Part shown: positions 11,130 to 20,913 of the stretch, piece after piece
Numbering within the stretch: the first letter of the stretch is position 1
Layout: each line of letters opens with the position of its first letter
Assembly: GCA_963843575.1 (NCBI GenBank)
Contig: CAWJKZ010000009.1
Coordinates: 64,001-128,000 of the forward strand
Length of the DNA stretch: 64,000 nucleotides
Direction of reading: 5' to 3'
Origin: an uncultured Acidobacteriota bacterium
GTDB lineage: Bacteria; Acidobacteriota; UBA6911
The notes under the pieces: generated by a model
The model's database searches: none
The model's input: the letters and a program-made list of their open reading frames with translations, nothing else
What the model was told of the DNA's origin: nothing
Made by a program: the position numbers and the translations under genes

Positions 11130-11173
11130 CGAAAAGCGGACAATTTCGGAGGCGTCTATGTCAGGAGGTCTGG

Positions 11174-13166
11174 GTGCGCCATGAAGGTGCACCGTTCTAG
11201 CGGGTGGAAGTCCCGCCCGAGGAGTTTGGTCGATACGCCTCGGTAGCTGTCAGGCGCGGAAAAACCCGAAAAAGGGAAGGCGGGCGACCGCCACCGCGAA
11301 GCCCTGAGACAAAGGCCCCGAAAGGAGGTCGAGCAAGCACGCAGGCCGCAACGCGAGTGAAGCCTGAGCAGGCCCCGATAGCTGTGTCGTGGACGCTGAC
11401 CCATCCCAGATACGGGGAAAGCCGTCGAGGAGGTGGGCGAGGGAATCGACCAATGCCCGCCACCTGTCCACCGGGGTATTGGGCGCAGCATGCGTGCACA
11501 GAACGATGCGCAACATGGGAGACCTGGCGGCGCGTGGGATTAAGACCGAACACGCACGGAAGGCAAGGGGCGTGGCGCGCTCCAGGAGTCGGAGGGGCCC
11601 ATTGTACCGAGGAAGCGGGGTAATGCCCGTGGAGGGAAGGGGCCCTGGTTCAGAGTGCTTCGCGAGGAGCGGACGAGCAGGAGATTGGCGATGAGCCTAA
11701 CACCCGAAACAACCAAGCTCGAAGAGCTTCGAGGGAAGCTGTATTCGAAGGCCAAGACCGAGCCGACGTTCCGGTTCTATGCGCTGTACGACAAGGTCTA
11801 TCGGTGGGACGTCCTGACGGAGGCGCTGCGACTCTCGCGAGAGAAGAACGGTGCCCCGGGAGTGGACGGCCAGACGTTCGATCAGATCAGGGAGTACGGC
11901 GAGGAGCGGTGGCTCCAGGAGCTGCAGCAGGAGCTGCAGGAGAAGACCTATCGGCCCCAGCCTGTCCGGAGGGTGCTGATTCCAAAGCCAGGGGGAGGAG
12001 AGCGGCCGCTGGGAATTCCCACCATCAAGGATCGGGTGGCCCAGACGGCGGCGAAGCTCATTCTGGAGCCGATCTTCGAGGCCGACCTGAGCGATACGGC
12101 GTACGGGTACCGTCCCGGGCGCGGTGCCGTTCGGGCGGTGCAGCAGGTCCATCAGGAACTTCGCCGACGCCGCACCAAGGTCGTCGATGCGGATCTCTCG
12201 AAGTACTTCGACACGATTCCCCACGCGGAGCTGATGACCTGCCTCGCGCGGAGGATCGCAGATGCGGCGATGCTCCATCTCATCAAGATGTGGCTAAAGG
12301 TGCCGGTCGAGGAGAGAGACGAGCAAGGACGGCGGCGGTTCAGCGGCGGCAAGCGCTCCAAGTGCGGGACGCCGCAGGGAGGTGTGGTTTCGCCGCTGTT
12401 GGCGAACATCTACATCAACCGGATGCTCAAAGCGTTCGCCAAGAGCGACCTGATGAGACGGTGCGGGGCCAGGATCGTCAACTACGCCGACGACTTCGTG
12501 GTGCTGTGCGAACACAGCGCGGCGGCAGGTCCTGGCGGAGGTGAGGCGTTGGATCGTTGGGATGAAGCTGAAACTCAACGAAGCCAAGACGTGTCTACGC
12601 GACGCATGGAAGGAAAGCTTCCGCTTCTTGGGATACGAGTTCGGACCGTTGGGGTATCGGCCGACGCGAACGCGCTACCTGGGAGCCCGACCGTCGAAGA
12701 AGGCAATGGAGAAGGTCCGACAGCGGGTGAGCGAAATCCTCTGGCGCGGTCGTACGGAGCGCTGGAAGGACATTTGTCAAGAGCTCAACCAGTACCTCAC
12801 GGGCTGGGCGGCTTACTTCGCCTACGACACCGCCTACCCATCGTTCCGCATCGTGGACATTCACGTCGCGGCACGTGCGAGGAACTTCCTGAGAAGGAGG
12901 CACAAGCTGTCCAGCGGGACAGCGCGGTTCGGCTACGTCGAGGTGCATCGTGACCTTGGTGTTGTCGAGATCCGGAGCCTCCTGCGGTCGCATGCCCCGA
13001 ATGAAATCTGTCCGAGAGCTGGATGCGGGAAATCCGCACGTCCAGTTCGATGAGCGGCGTGGAGGAGACGGGCCCACGGAAGGCCTCGGTGAGCGTGTGG
13101 GCGAAAGCTCACCCGCGTAGTCGGCTCCGACCTTCCTTCAGGTACCGCGCCTCCCGCCGACTCTCC
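11174..13166 (+). mobile_element. Group II intron (RT-encoding, no endonuclease domain)
   Basis: 5' end GTGCG at 11174; domain V GAGCTGGATGCGGGAAATCCGCACGTCCAGTTC (13016-13048); domain VI ending CCGACTCTCC; removal restores the IS TSD GATTC exactly. Confidence 0.92.
11691..13053 (+). pseudogene. ltrA: Group II intron reverse transcriptase/maturase, frameshifted near 12520
   Basis: GAPGVDG, RPLGIPTIKDRVAQ, DADLSKYFDTIPH, GTPQGGVVSPLLANIY and NYADDFV. The thumb/X domain (LKLNEAKT, FRFLGYEF, LTGWAAYF) continues in another frame. The frameshift could be a sequencing error. Confidence 0.88.
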
Positions 13167-13224
13167 ATTCAGAACGGCGGCTTCCTGCCGATCGAGAAGA
13201 TCCGGGAGAAGTTCAAGGCGGCGC

Positions 13225-13692
13225 ACGCTTCGACGGGGAAAACGCTGGTGCGGACCAGGCTGTAGCCCATGAACTCGAGAATGGCGGGATCACGGGACCG
13301 CGACACGATCGCCTCGTACAGGCTCCGCGCCTCCGCGCGCGCAAGAATACGCGCCGAAGGCTCGGGGCCGGGACCCTGGAATGTGAACCCGCGCACGACG
13401 GATCCGCCGGGAATCGGGACGATGAGTTCGGCCTCGGTCCGTACCGGTCGGGGTGAAACAGCGAAATGTCCATGGTGGTCGAGGCAGCCCGGTCCCTGAT
13501 CCGGACATCCAGGGCAACCGCCGTGACCTCGGCGGCAGCAGTCCCCCGCACGATCCAGGCGCTGCGTTGAGGCACGATCACCACGGACGCCAAGGCAGGT
13601 TCCCGTGTCTGCGCACGCACGGCTTCGTTGAGCACACCCGACGCGCAGAGCATCAGGAGGGCGATGAGGACCATTCGGCGTAATGTATTCAT
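13225..13692 (-). pseudogene. Exported VIT-domain (VIT/VWA-type) protein, N-terminal part only
   Basis: Signal peptide; ARILARAEARSLYEAIVSRSRDPAILEF..VRTSVFPVEA; frameshift near 13450; 3' truncated. Confidence 0.75.
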
Positions 13693-13748
13693 GCGAGACT
13701 CCTTTCTGCATCCTCTGCCGGAATATACGGCTGAGCGGGGGCGTTCCC

Positions 13749-13767
13749 GTGTAACGCTTGTGTAACG
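13749..13767. promoter_or_regulatory. Tandem GTGTAACG direct repeat with 11-bp period (OmpR/PhoB-type operator candidate)
   Basis: Copies at 13749-13756 and 13760-13767, about 60 bp upstream of the VIT gene start. Confidence 0.4.
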
Positions 13768-13837
13768 AGCGCGGACATCGGTTGAAGCCGCGGAATTGGC
13801 CTTGTGGAGCAGCGTTGCTGTGATTAGGCTGCGAGCA

Positions 13838-13903
13838 ATGGAGGTGCGCGAGGTGCCGGAGCCATCCCCGGGGCCGGGACAGATCCTGCTGCGCGTGCGG
13901 CGC
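13838..13903 (+). pseudogene. N-terminal relic of a zinc-type alcohol dehydrogenase
   Basis: MEVREVPEPSPGPGQILLRVR is a typical MDR N-terminus; ends abruptly. Confidence 0.55.
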
Positions 13904-14962
13904 TCATCAACGACTCACCGGCGCATGGCTGGAAATTCGCCCTCCCGGATGTTGCCGCGCTTTTGCGCGCGGCCCTGGATGCCAGAAGACTTTCCGGCGA
14001 GATCGCTGCGTTCGCATCGGCCCCCGCCCCAGCTCGCCATCCTCTATTCCAGAACCTCGATGCTTCAGATCCCGCCGGAGATGCTCACGTGGCGCACAAC
14101 ACCTTGTCTGCGTGAGCTGGCGAACACCTACGAGGCAAGCCGGTTCCTGGACACGCGTACGACCTTCGTTACCGAGCGGCAGATCCTCCGCGGCGATCCC
14201 GCCCGGTAGAAAGTGCTGCTCGTTCCCGCCGCGTCGCACATCAGGGCCGAGGTGGTGCAGTCGGTCAACGACTTCGTGGAAAACGGCGGCACCGCCCTCC
14301 TGCTTCCTTCCTCGTTCGTCAGCGACGAGTACAACCGTCACGCGCATTTCCTCGAACGCATGGGAGTGCAGGTGCGCCGGATCGAACAGATCAGCGCCGA
14401 CCGGACCGGCGAGATCGAGCACGGGTACGATCAGACATTCCACGAGAGAGTCGTCTACCGCCCGAAGGCCCGGCAGACGCTCAAGGTGCGGGCCGCGGGT
14501 CCTTTCTCGCCGGTCCCGCCGGAACTCGAAGGGGAAGGAACACGCCAGGAGATCTCGATTCCCCCTTCCTTCGAAGTGCTCGCCGAATTTTCCAGCGGAC
14601 AGCCGGCACTGGTTACGGTCCCCCGCGGCCGGGGAAGGCTGTTCTATTCGGCCACCGGTTTCCCGCAACAGAGCCTCGGCCTGTTGGGGGACCGCCTGCT
14701 GGATGCGTCCGGCGTCGCGCGGCCGGTCCGGGTGCGGCGCCAGGATGGCAGACCTCCGGCCAACATCGAGGCTCGTACGGTCAAAACGGCGGGCGCAACG
14801 CTGGTGTGCCTCGTGAATTTCGACTGGCAGCCTGCCGACGTCAGGATTGAGCTGGACGGAAAGATCCGTACGAGATTCTACGATCTGAGAAAGCAGACAC
14901 CTCTGAACGAAGGCACGATCCGTTTGAACGCCGGCGAGACGGCGATACTTCGCCTCGACTGA
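13904..14962 (+). pseudogene. GH42-like beta-galactosidase, trimerisation/C-terminal part
   Basis: LAILYSRTS, FVTERQI, (TAG)KVLLVP, FVENGG and GRGRLFY; in-frame TAG at 14207-14209; catalytic N-terminal domain missing. Confidence 0.7.
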
Positions 14963-15004
14963 CATCCGTTGCAGCATTCCGTCGAATTTGCTAGAGTCGG
15001 CGCG

Positions 15005-16561
15005 ATGGTTAGACTGTTGTCGCTCCTCTTCTGGCTGGTGCTGCCGGCCTTTGGCGCTTCCGGCGCACTGCCTCCCGACCGGTGGATTCCGGCCAGGTGG
15101 GAGGGCGGACCGCTGGAAGTGGCGCGCCGCGCTGCCCTGAAAACCACCACTCCGACTGAAGACGCCGCAAGTCGCGAAGCCCTCGCCGGCTGGTATTCCC
15201 CCTCGACGCTCGAATTGCTCGAAGGCACTCCGATCAACTGTCTGCTCGTGACGTTCAGCGCCGGCGGTGATCCTGAGATCGAGCAGCGGCAGCAATCTCT
15301 TCTGCGCGAGTATGCTTCGGCGGCAAAGACCCGCGGCATTGCCATCGTGGGAATCGTTCATCCCGGGAGGGATGCCTCCTCGATCGCTTCGGCAGCCGCC
15401 CGGGTTCAGGTGGACGGACTCGTTCTGGAGGCGGGCTTCCCGGATGCTTCTTCGTTCGTCCGCCAGCTCAGGGAGGCGTTGCAGGCAGGCGGCAAGCCGG
15501 TTCCCGTCGTCTCGATCGAAAAAGAGCCTTTCGAGGCACGCAGGACAACGGCTGCGGTCGCGGCCGTTACGGGCGTCCGGCCGAGTGCACGCGACCTGGC
15601 CGACATGGGGGTCCGGTCCGGGCCGTCGGCGGAGCCATGGATCGAGTCCAACATCTGGCTGGTGCGCTCGCTGCGCGCCGTCGATCCTTCGAAGCCCGTG
15701 TGGATCCATCAGGAGCCGGACGCGGACTCGCCCGGCGATTACCTGCGTTGCGTCGCGGATGCCGCGATGGCCGGGGGGCGCTGGATTGTTTCGCTCGACG
15801 ACAAGTTACGCGCCGGTCTGTACCGGAAGTCGCCGGAGGCGGTTGCGGCATGGCGCAGCATGAGCGGCTACTTGACCTTTGCCGGGGCTCACCGCGACTG
15901 GGAGGGATTTGCGCCCTACGGCCTGATCGCCGTGATAGTCGATGCGTCCGGGGCGAATCCCGAGTTTGCGGACGAATATCTCAATCTTGTCGCCCGCCGC
16001 CACATCCCCTATCGCATTCTCTTCCGCAGCGCCGTGACGGAAACGGCTCTTTCCGGATTCAAGGTAGTACTCGCCGCCGATGTGTCCCGTCCCACGGATG
16101 CCGAGCGGACCGTGCTTCGGAATTTCGCCGAGCAGGGTGGTGTGCTCATCACCGGCCCATCGTGGGGCGGTGCGCCGAAAGATGAGGAATATGCGGGCGT
16201 CCCCGCAGGCAAAGGCCGCGTCATCGTCTACCGGGATGATCCCCCCGATCCCGAGACCGTGGCCCGGGACATGGTCGATCTGCTGGAACCGGAATCGATG
16301 GGCCTTTCGCTCTTCAACGTTCCTTCGGTGCTGGCGTACGTCAGCAGCTGCGCCGAGGGGCGGCTGGTCCAGCTGCTCAATTATGCGACGATGCCTTTTC
16401 CCGGCAAGATTACGGTCCGCATCAAGGGGATGTTCAAGCGTGCCCGGCTGTTCACGCCGGAAGGCCAGCCCTTCGAGCTCCCCGTGCGGGTGAGGGCGAA
16501 TGACTGGACGGAGTTTGTTGTGCCCGGTCTTGCGGTCTGGGGTGCGGTGCTGCTGGACTAG
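15005..16561 (+). CDS. Exported hypothetical protein with a GATase/trimerisation-like C-terminal region
   Basis: Signal peptide; FKVVL..LRNFAEQGGVLI, GKGRVIVY and LVQLLNY; co-oriented with the downstream genes. Confidence 0.7.
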   Translation: MVRLLSLLFWLVLPAFGASGALPPDRWIPARWEGGPLEVARRAALKTTTPTEDAASREALAGWYSPSTLELLEGTPINCLLVTFSAGGDPEIEQRQQSLLREYASAAKTRGIAIVGIVHPGRDASSIASAAARVQVDGLVLEAGFPDASSFVRQLREALQAGGKPVPVVSIEKEPFEARRTTAAVAAVTGVRPSARDLADMGVRSGPSAEPWIESNIWLVRSLRAVDPSKPVWIHQEPDADSPGDYLRCVADAAMAGGRWIVSLDDKLRAGLYRKSPEAVAAWRSMSGYLTFAGAHRDWEGFAPYGLIAVIVDASGANPEFADEYLNLVARRHIPYRILFRSAVTETALSGFKVVLAADVSRPTDAERTVLRNFAEQGGVLITGPSWGGAPKDEEYAGVPAGKGRVIVYRDDPPDPETVARDMVDLLEPESMGLSLFNVPSVLAYVSSCAEGRLVQLLNYATMPFPGKITVRIKGMFKRARLFTPEGQPFELPVRVRANDWTEFVVPGLAVWGAVLLD

Positions 16562-16586
16562 GCAGAAACTTGCAAGGAGGTTGTTC

Positions 16587-17840
16587 ATGAGATCAGTACG
16601 AGGCGGTATCTCGAGACGTGAGTTCCTGGCGTATTCCAGTGCAGCGGCGGGTATGCTCGCCTCGGGGGGCGCCATTGCATCGCCGAGGATCGTCGCTGCG
16701 CCAACCGCGCCGGTCGCGGTGTCCAGGGTATCCGGTTACGACCAGGACCTCGTCGCCGAGTTCGATCGCATGTTCGACCTGCTGGGCGGAATTGGCCATC
16801 TCGTGCGTGGGAAGACGGTCGGCATAAAACTGAACCTTACGGGGGCTTCTGGCAAAGGAAGACGTACGAACATGAGCGCCGGGCAGTCGACCTGGGTTCA
16901 CCCCAACGTCGTCGGGGCCCTTACAGCGTCGATCGGCAAGCAGGGAGCCAAGAGGATCCGCCTGCTCGAGAGCGTGTCCCGGAAGGGGTTCGGCGCGCTC
17001 GAGGATGCCATGCTGCAGGACGGCTGGGACGTCGAGGCGATCCGCAACGCGGCGCCGAAGGTCGAAATGGAGGACACGAACGGTATCGGGGAAGGCCAGA
17101 AGTATTCCATCCTGCCGGTCAAGTCGAAGCCTTACATCTATCCGGGGTTTGCGTTCAACCACTCCTACGAAGACTGCGATTTCTTCGTCAGCCTGGCCAA
17201 GATGAAGAACCACGAAGAACTGGGTATCACGCTCTCGATGAAGAACTTGTTTGGGATAACTCCCGAGCAGGGGTACGGGATGCTGGATCCGGTTCCAGCG
17301 GGGACCTCCCGATGGACCCGCGAGCGGGTTTTTCATTACGGGCAGGTGCAGCCTCCCGCCGGGGTGCCGCAGGAGATCGACTTCAAATCGAACCGGTACG
17401 AAGGCTGGCGCATGCCCCGTCTCCTGACCGACATTTGCGGCGCCCGTCCGATCGACCTTGCGGTCATCGACGGGATCGAGACGATTGTCGGCGGCGAGAG
17501 CACGGGCATCCCCGGCACCAGGCCGGCGAAACCGAGGCTCCTTGTCGTCGGGTTGAACTGCGTGTGCACCGACACGGTCGCGATGGCCACCATGGGATAC
17601 AACCCGCGGGCGGGGCGTCACGAGGCCCCCTTCGTGCTCATAAAGGCCGGGCACCCTCATCCGGCCGAGCAGGTCATTGCGCCGGGCGAGACGGAACCGT
17701 GGGCCGACAACATCCTGTTAGTGGGCGAGGCGGCCGGGCTTGGCACGGCGGACCTCGGCAAAATCGACGTCCGTGGCGTTCCCATCAAGGATGCCGTGTT
17801 TGATTTCGAAGCCCACAAGAGAGGGCAGGCGCCGGCCTGA
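16587..17840 (+). CDS. Tat-exported DUF362 domain protein
   Basis: SRREFL Tat motif; VRGKTVGIKLNLT, FVSLAKMKNH, ITLSMKNLFG and DLAVIDGI; AAGGAGG RBS. Confidence 0.88.
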   Translation: MRSVRGGISRREFLAYSSAAAGMLASGGAIASPRIVAAPTAPVAVSRVSGYDQDLVAEFDRMFDLLGGIGHLVRGKTVGIKLNLTGASGKGRRTNMSAGQSTWVHPNVVGALTASIGKQGAKRIRLLESVSRKGFGALEDAMLQDGWDVEAIRNAAPKVEMEDTNGIGEGQKYSILPVKSKPYIYPGFAFNHSYEDCDFFVSLAKMKNHEELGITLSMKNLFGITPEQGYGMLDPVPAGTSRWTRERVFHYGQVQPPAGVPQEIDFKSNRYEGWRMPRLLTDICGARPIDLAVIDGIETIVGGESTGIPGTRPAKPRLLVVGLNCVCTDTVAMATMGYNPRAGRHEAPFVLIKAGHPHPAEQVIAPGETEPWADNILLVGEAAGLGTADLGKIDVRGVPIKDAVFDFEAHKRGQAPA

Positions 17841-17848
17841 GGACCGGG

Positions 17849-18805
17849 ATGCGTCACGTGATCGCTCCTGTGATTGCTGTCCTGCTGGGCGTGTGCCTGC
17901 AGGCGGTGCAGGGGGCGGAACCGCGGCGGTACAGCGCGGACGCCATGGGCGGGGCGTTCTCGATCGTTCTCTATGGCCCCAACCCCGCAAGGGCGGACCT
18001 GGCCGCCGCAGCTGCGTTCGCCGAACTGACCCGCATCGAAAGTTTCCTGTCGAACTACCGTCCCGACAGCGAATGGAGCCGCACCAACCGCGAGGCAGCG
18101 TTTCGTCCCGTCAAGGTCTCCGCAGAACTCTTCGAGCTGCTTGTCGTGTGCGGCGATTACACCCGGCGGAGCGAGGGGGCCTTCGACATCTCCGTCGGCC
18201 CTTTGATGCGTGCCTGGGGGTTTCGCGGCGGCGGGATGCAGACTCCTGGACGGGAGCTCTCTCTCGTAGGCTTCGATAAAGTGAAGCTCGACGCTGCGGC
18301 GCAAACGGTACGGTTCCTGCGGCCCGGAATGGAACTGGATCCGGGAGGCATCGGCAAGGGCTATGCGGTCGACCGGATGGTGGCGGCACTCAGAAACTGC
18401 GGTATCGACTGTGCCCTGGTATCTGCCGCAGGAAGCACCATATTCGGGATGGGCTCTCCGCCGGGGAGGGGAGGATGGAATGTTGTGATCGAAAGTCCAA
18501 AGTCGCGCCTGAGGACCGCCGGGGAAGTGCAGCTGAAGGATTCCGCCCTTTCCACTTCAGGGATGCGCGAAAAGTCCGTCCGGGCAGACGGCAAGGTGTA
18601 TGGGCACATTATGGATCCGCGCACCGGACGACCGGCCGCCGGCGCGGTGATGGCCGCAGTTACCGGAAAGACGGCCCTCGAGACGGAGGCGTGGACGAAG
18701 GCCGTCTTCATAAACGGAAGTCGCTGGGCGGCAGCCCGGCTCCCGCAGGGCTGCCGGGCGTTCTTTTGCGACGAATCCGCCGCGTGCGGATGGCTGCCGC
18801 GGTAG
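17849..18805 (+). CDS. apbE: FAD:protein FMN transferase
   Basis: AMG, S.Y.PDSE, GAFDISVGPL, LDPGGIGKGYAVD, ALSTSG and HIMDPRTG. Confidence 0.92.
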   Translation: MRHVIAPVIAVLLGVCLQAVQGAEPRRYSADAMGGAFSIVLYGPNPARADLAAAAAFAELTRIESFLSNYRPDSEWSRTNREAAFRPVKVSAELFELLVVCGDYTRRSEGAFDISVGPLMRAWGFRGGGMQTPGRELSLVGFDKVKLDAAAQTVRFLRPGMELDPGGIGKGYAVDRMVAALRNCGIDCALVSAAGSTIFGMGSPPGRGGWNVVIESPKSRLRTAGEVQLKDSALSTSGMREKSVRADGKVYGHIMDPRTGRPAAGAVMAAVTGKTALETEAWTKAVFINGSRWAAARLPQGCRAFFCDESAACGWLPR

Positions 18806-18811
18806 GCGCCG

Positions 18812-19615
18812 CTAGGCGTGAGCTTTCCCGTTCTTGCGCGCGGCGCTCAGGATTTCGCGCAGCCGCTTCGCCACGATCATGTCCTCGCCGGGCTGAAGCG
18901 TCATCGAGATGATCTGCAGCTTGTTCTTGTCTTCGGCGGGCGCTTTCGGACCTGGTTTCCCTTCATGCACGACCGGGACGAGACTCGGGTTGCTGGATGT
19001 CAGGACTTCGATCCGCGGCTCGCCGTCGCGCAGCCTCTTGTCGCAGTCGGCGACGGTGAGCCCGAACGCTGCTCGTCCCAGTTGACTGTCAGGGTGGGAT
19101 AACGATTCCCATCTTCGGGGATTGTGATTCCAGTTGTTACGCCGGGCACCGATTCGGGCACCTTCGCGATTCGCTCCACCCGCCGCTTCCATTCGCGGTT
19201 GAGCTCTGCGAGGTCGAGCTTCAGCCAGGCTTCGACGGCGGCCAGGCAGCCGATAATTTCTTCCTTCCCGACCTTCATCGGCCGGCAGACCGTGCTTTCG
19301 TACGGACTGCAGTTGGCGAGGGCCGCTTCGATCAGGTTCTTGCGGCCGAGGAGCAGTCCGGAACATTGCGGTCCCATGAGGCCTTTTCCGCCGCTGAACA
19401 TGTACAGGTCGCACCCCATCTTTGCGTACAGCTTCAGGTTTTCGATCGGGGGAATGCCGGCGGCGTCGTCGAACAGCAAAGGTACCTTCGACGCTTTTGC
19501 GATCGCAACCTGCTTCGCAAGCTTGTCGCCGAGGTCGGTGGTGTAGATCATCGCGGTCTTGTCGCCGAGAGCGTTCTGCAGCTCCTGCTCGCTGTAGAGT
19601 GGATAGGCGAAATAA
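18812..19615 (-). pseudogene. SelA/DgaE-like PLP-dependent enzyme, 5' truncated and frameshifted
   Basis: VPLLFDDAA, FSGGKGLMGPQCSGLLLGRKNLI and RPMKVGKEEI; C-terminus in a second frame (CDKRLRDGEPRI...LQPGEDMIVAKRLREIL). Confidence 0.78.
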
Positions 19616-19796
19616 GCTGCCGGTTGAGTGATCACACCATCGAGGGAGCCCGCTCTCCGCGTCACCGCCCTGCTTCCGATATGGCCGCAGTACGTCAACC
19701 TCCCGGACCAGCCGCCCCCGATATCTCGTCTGGGTGTGCGACTTTCTCCCGCAACAGCGGAAGGGGATACTGAATTGTGCACAGGTCCTAATGCCG

Positions 19797-20480
19797 GCGC
19801 GCTCGGCAAGCACCTGGTAGTCTATCGAACCGGATGGCGGCAGACTTTCGAGGTGATCGGTGTTACCTCCACCGTCCGCGTCCGGCGGCTCCGCGACGAG
19901 AACATACCCCTCTTCATCCTTTCCCTAAGGCCCGTACCCGAGTCAGATGTCGCTCGTAATGAAAACACGCGAAACGGTGGAGCTCATGGTGCCGCGGATT
20001 CAGTCTGCACTGGAAGCGGCCCACACCGGCCGTGCGGCCTTCGACATACGTCCCATGAGCAGCTATGTCTCGGATTCCATCGGTGACACCCGATTCATCC
20101 TCCTGGTGCTGGCCGCCTTTGCCGCAGCCTCCATACTTCTCGCGGCAGTGGGGCTCTACGGGACCCTCGCCTATCTCACCACCCAGCGCACTCGCGAGTT
20201 CAGCATCCGCCTGGCCCTGGGCTGTCGCGTCAACGCCATCGTGGCGATCGTCATCCGGGAAAGTGTCGCGCTCGCCGCCACCGGTGCGGCCATAGGGTTG
20301 ATCGGAGTAGCCGCCATCACCGGAGTCATCCGCCAACTGCTCTACGGAGTTCGCCCCCTCGACGTCCCCACGCTGCTTGCCGTCGTGGCCCTGGTCGCCG
20401 TCGTCGCCTTGTCCGCCGCCTGCCTGCCGGCTTGGCGCGCCACTCGCATCGATCCTCAGACGTCATTGCGGAGCAGTAAA
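19797..20480 (+). pseudogene. C-terminal fragment of a second ADOP-type permease
   Basis: ALGK..FEVIGV, LAAVGLYGTLAY..QRTREFSIRLALG and PAWRATRIDP; no N-terminal half; frameshift near 19930. Confidence 0.78.
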
Positions 20481-20860
20481 CTCTCCACGCCCACTCAGAG
20501 CAAGGCGAACTTGTACGTATTCAAGATGTCCATGAACAGCCATTCATTGTTCGGGTCTGTGAATGAACCCATCGAAGACACGTGGAAGGTGCTTGCCGGG
20601 CGCTCGTAGATGGCATACGCAATCCGTACGAAACTCAAGCAGATGGGCCCGCAGTGTGGAACGAATCAGCCCGGGTTCGTTGATGTCTCCATGCCATCGT
20701 GACCAGGAGGCAGAAGGACGCGGCGGGCCGTGATGCCTTGTCCCGTGAGTCCCATAATGAAGATGCCGCCGCCCTTCGCCGTGATAAAAGGTGGAAAGGT
20801 CAATGATAAGCGGCACAGCTCCAACCGCGCCGGCTGCCATGCCCGTCGTGGCTCACATTG

Positions 20861-20907
20861 AATCTTGGACAGTCGCCATGCAGCAAAGATGGCGACTGTC
20901 CAAGATT
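20861..20907. repeat. Perfect 19-bp-arm palindrome (terminator- or REP-like)
   Basis: AATCTTGGACAGTCGCCAT-9nt-ATGGCGACTGTCCAAGATT, 6 bp past the stop of the large minus-strand gene. Confidence 0.8.
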
Positions 20908-20913
20908 TATTGC

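Larger units (their letters stand above)
8718..11172 (+). mobile_element. Insertion sequence, DDE-type, perfect 17-bp TIRs, 5-bp TSD GATTC
   Basis: CAGACCTCCTGACATAG (8718-8734) and CTATGTCAGGAGGTCTG (11156-11172). GATTC at 8713-8717; on the right, G(11173)+ATTC(13167-13170) once the intron is removed. Confidence 0.92.

Noticed and set aside
11691-13053. RT as a DGR, retron or defence RT
   Set aside because: It has YADD, a maturase domain, a GTGCG start and domains V/VI of a group II intron; no template/variable repeat pair was seen.
18812-19615. True selenocysteine synthase selA
   Set aside because: It resembles SelA-related PLP lyases, is truncated, and has no selB/selD/selC nearby.
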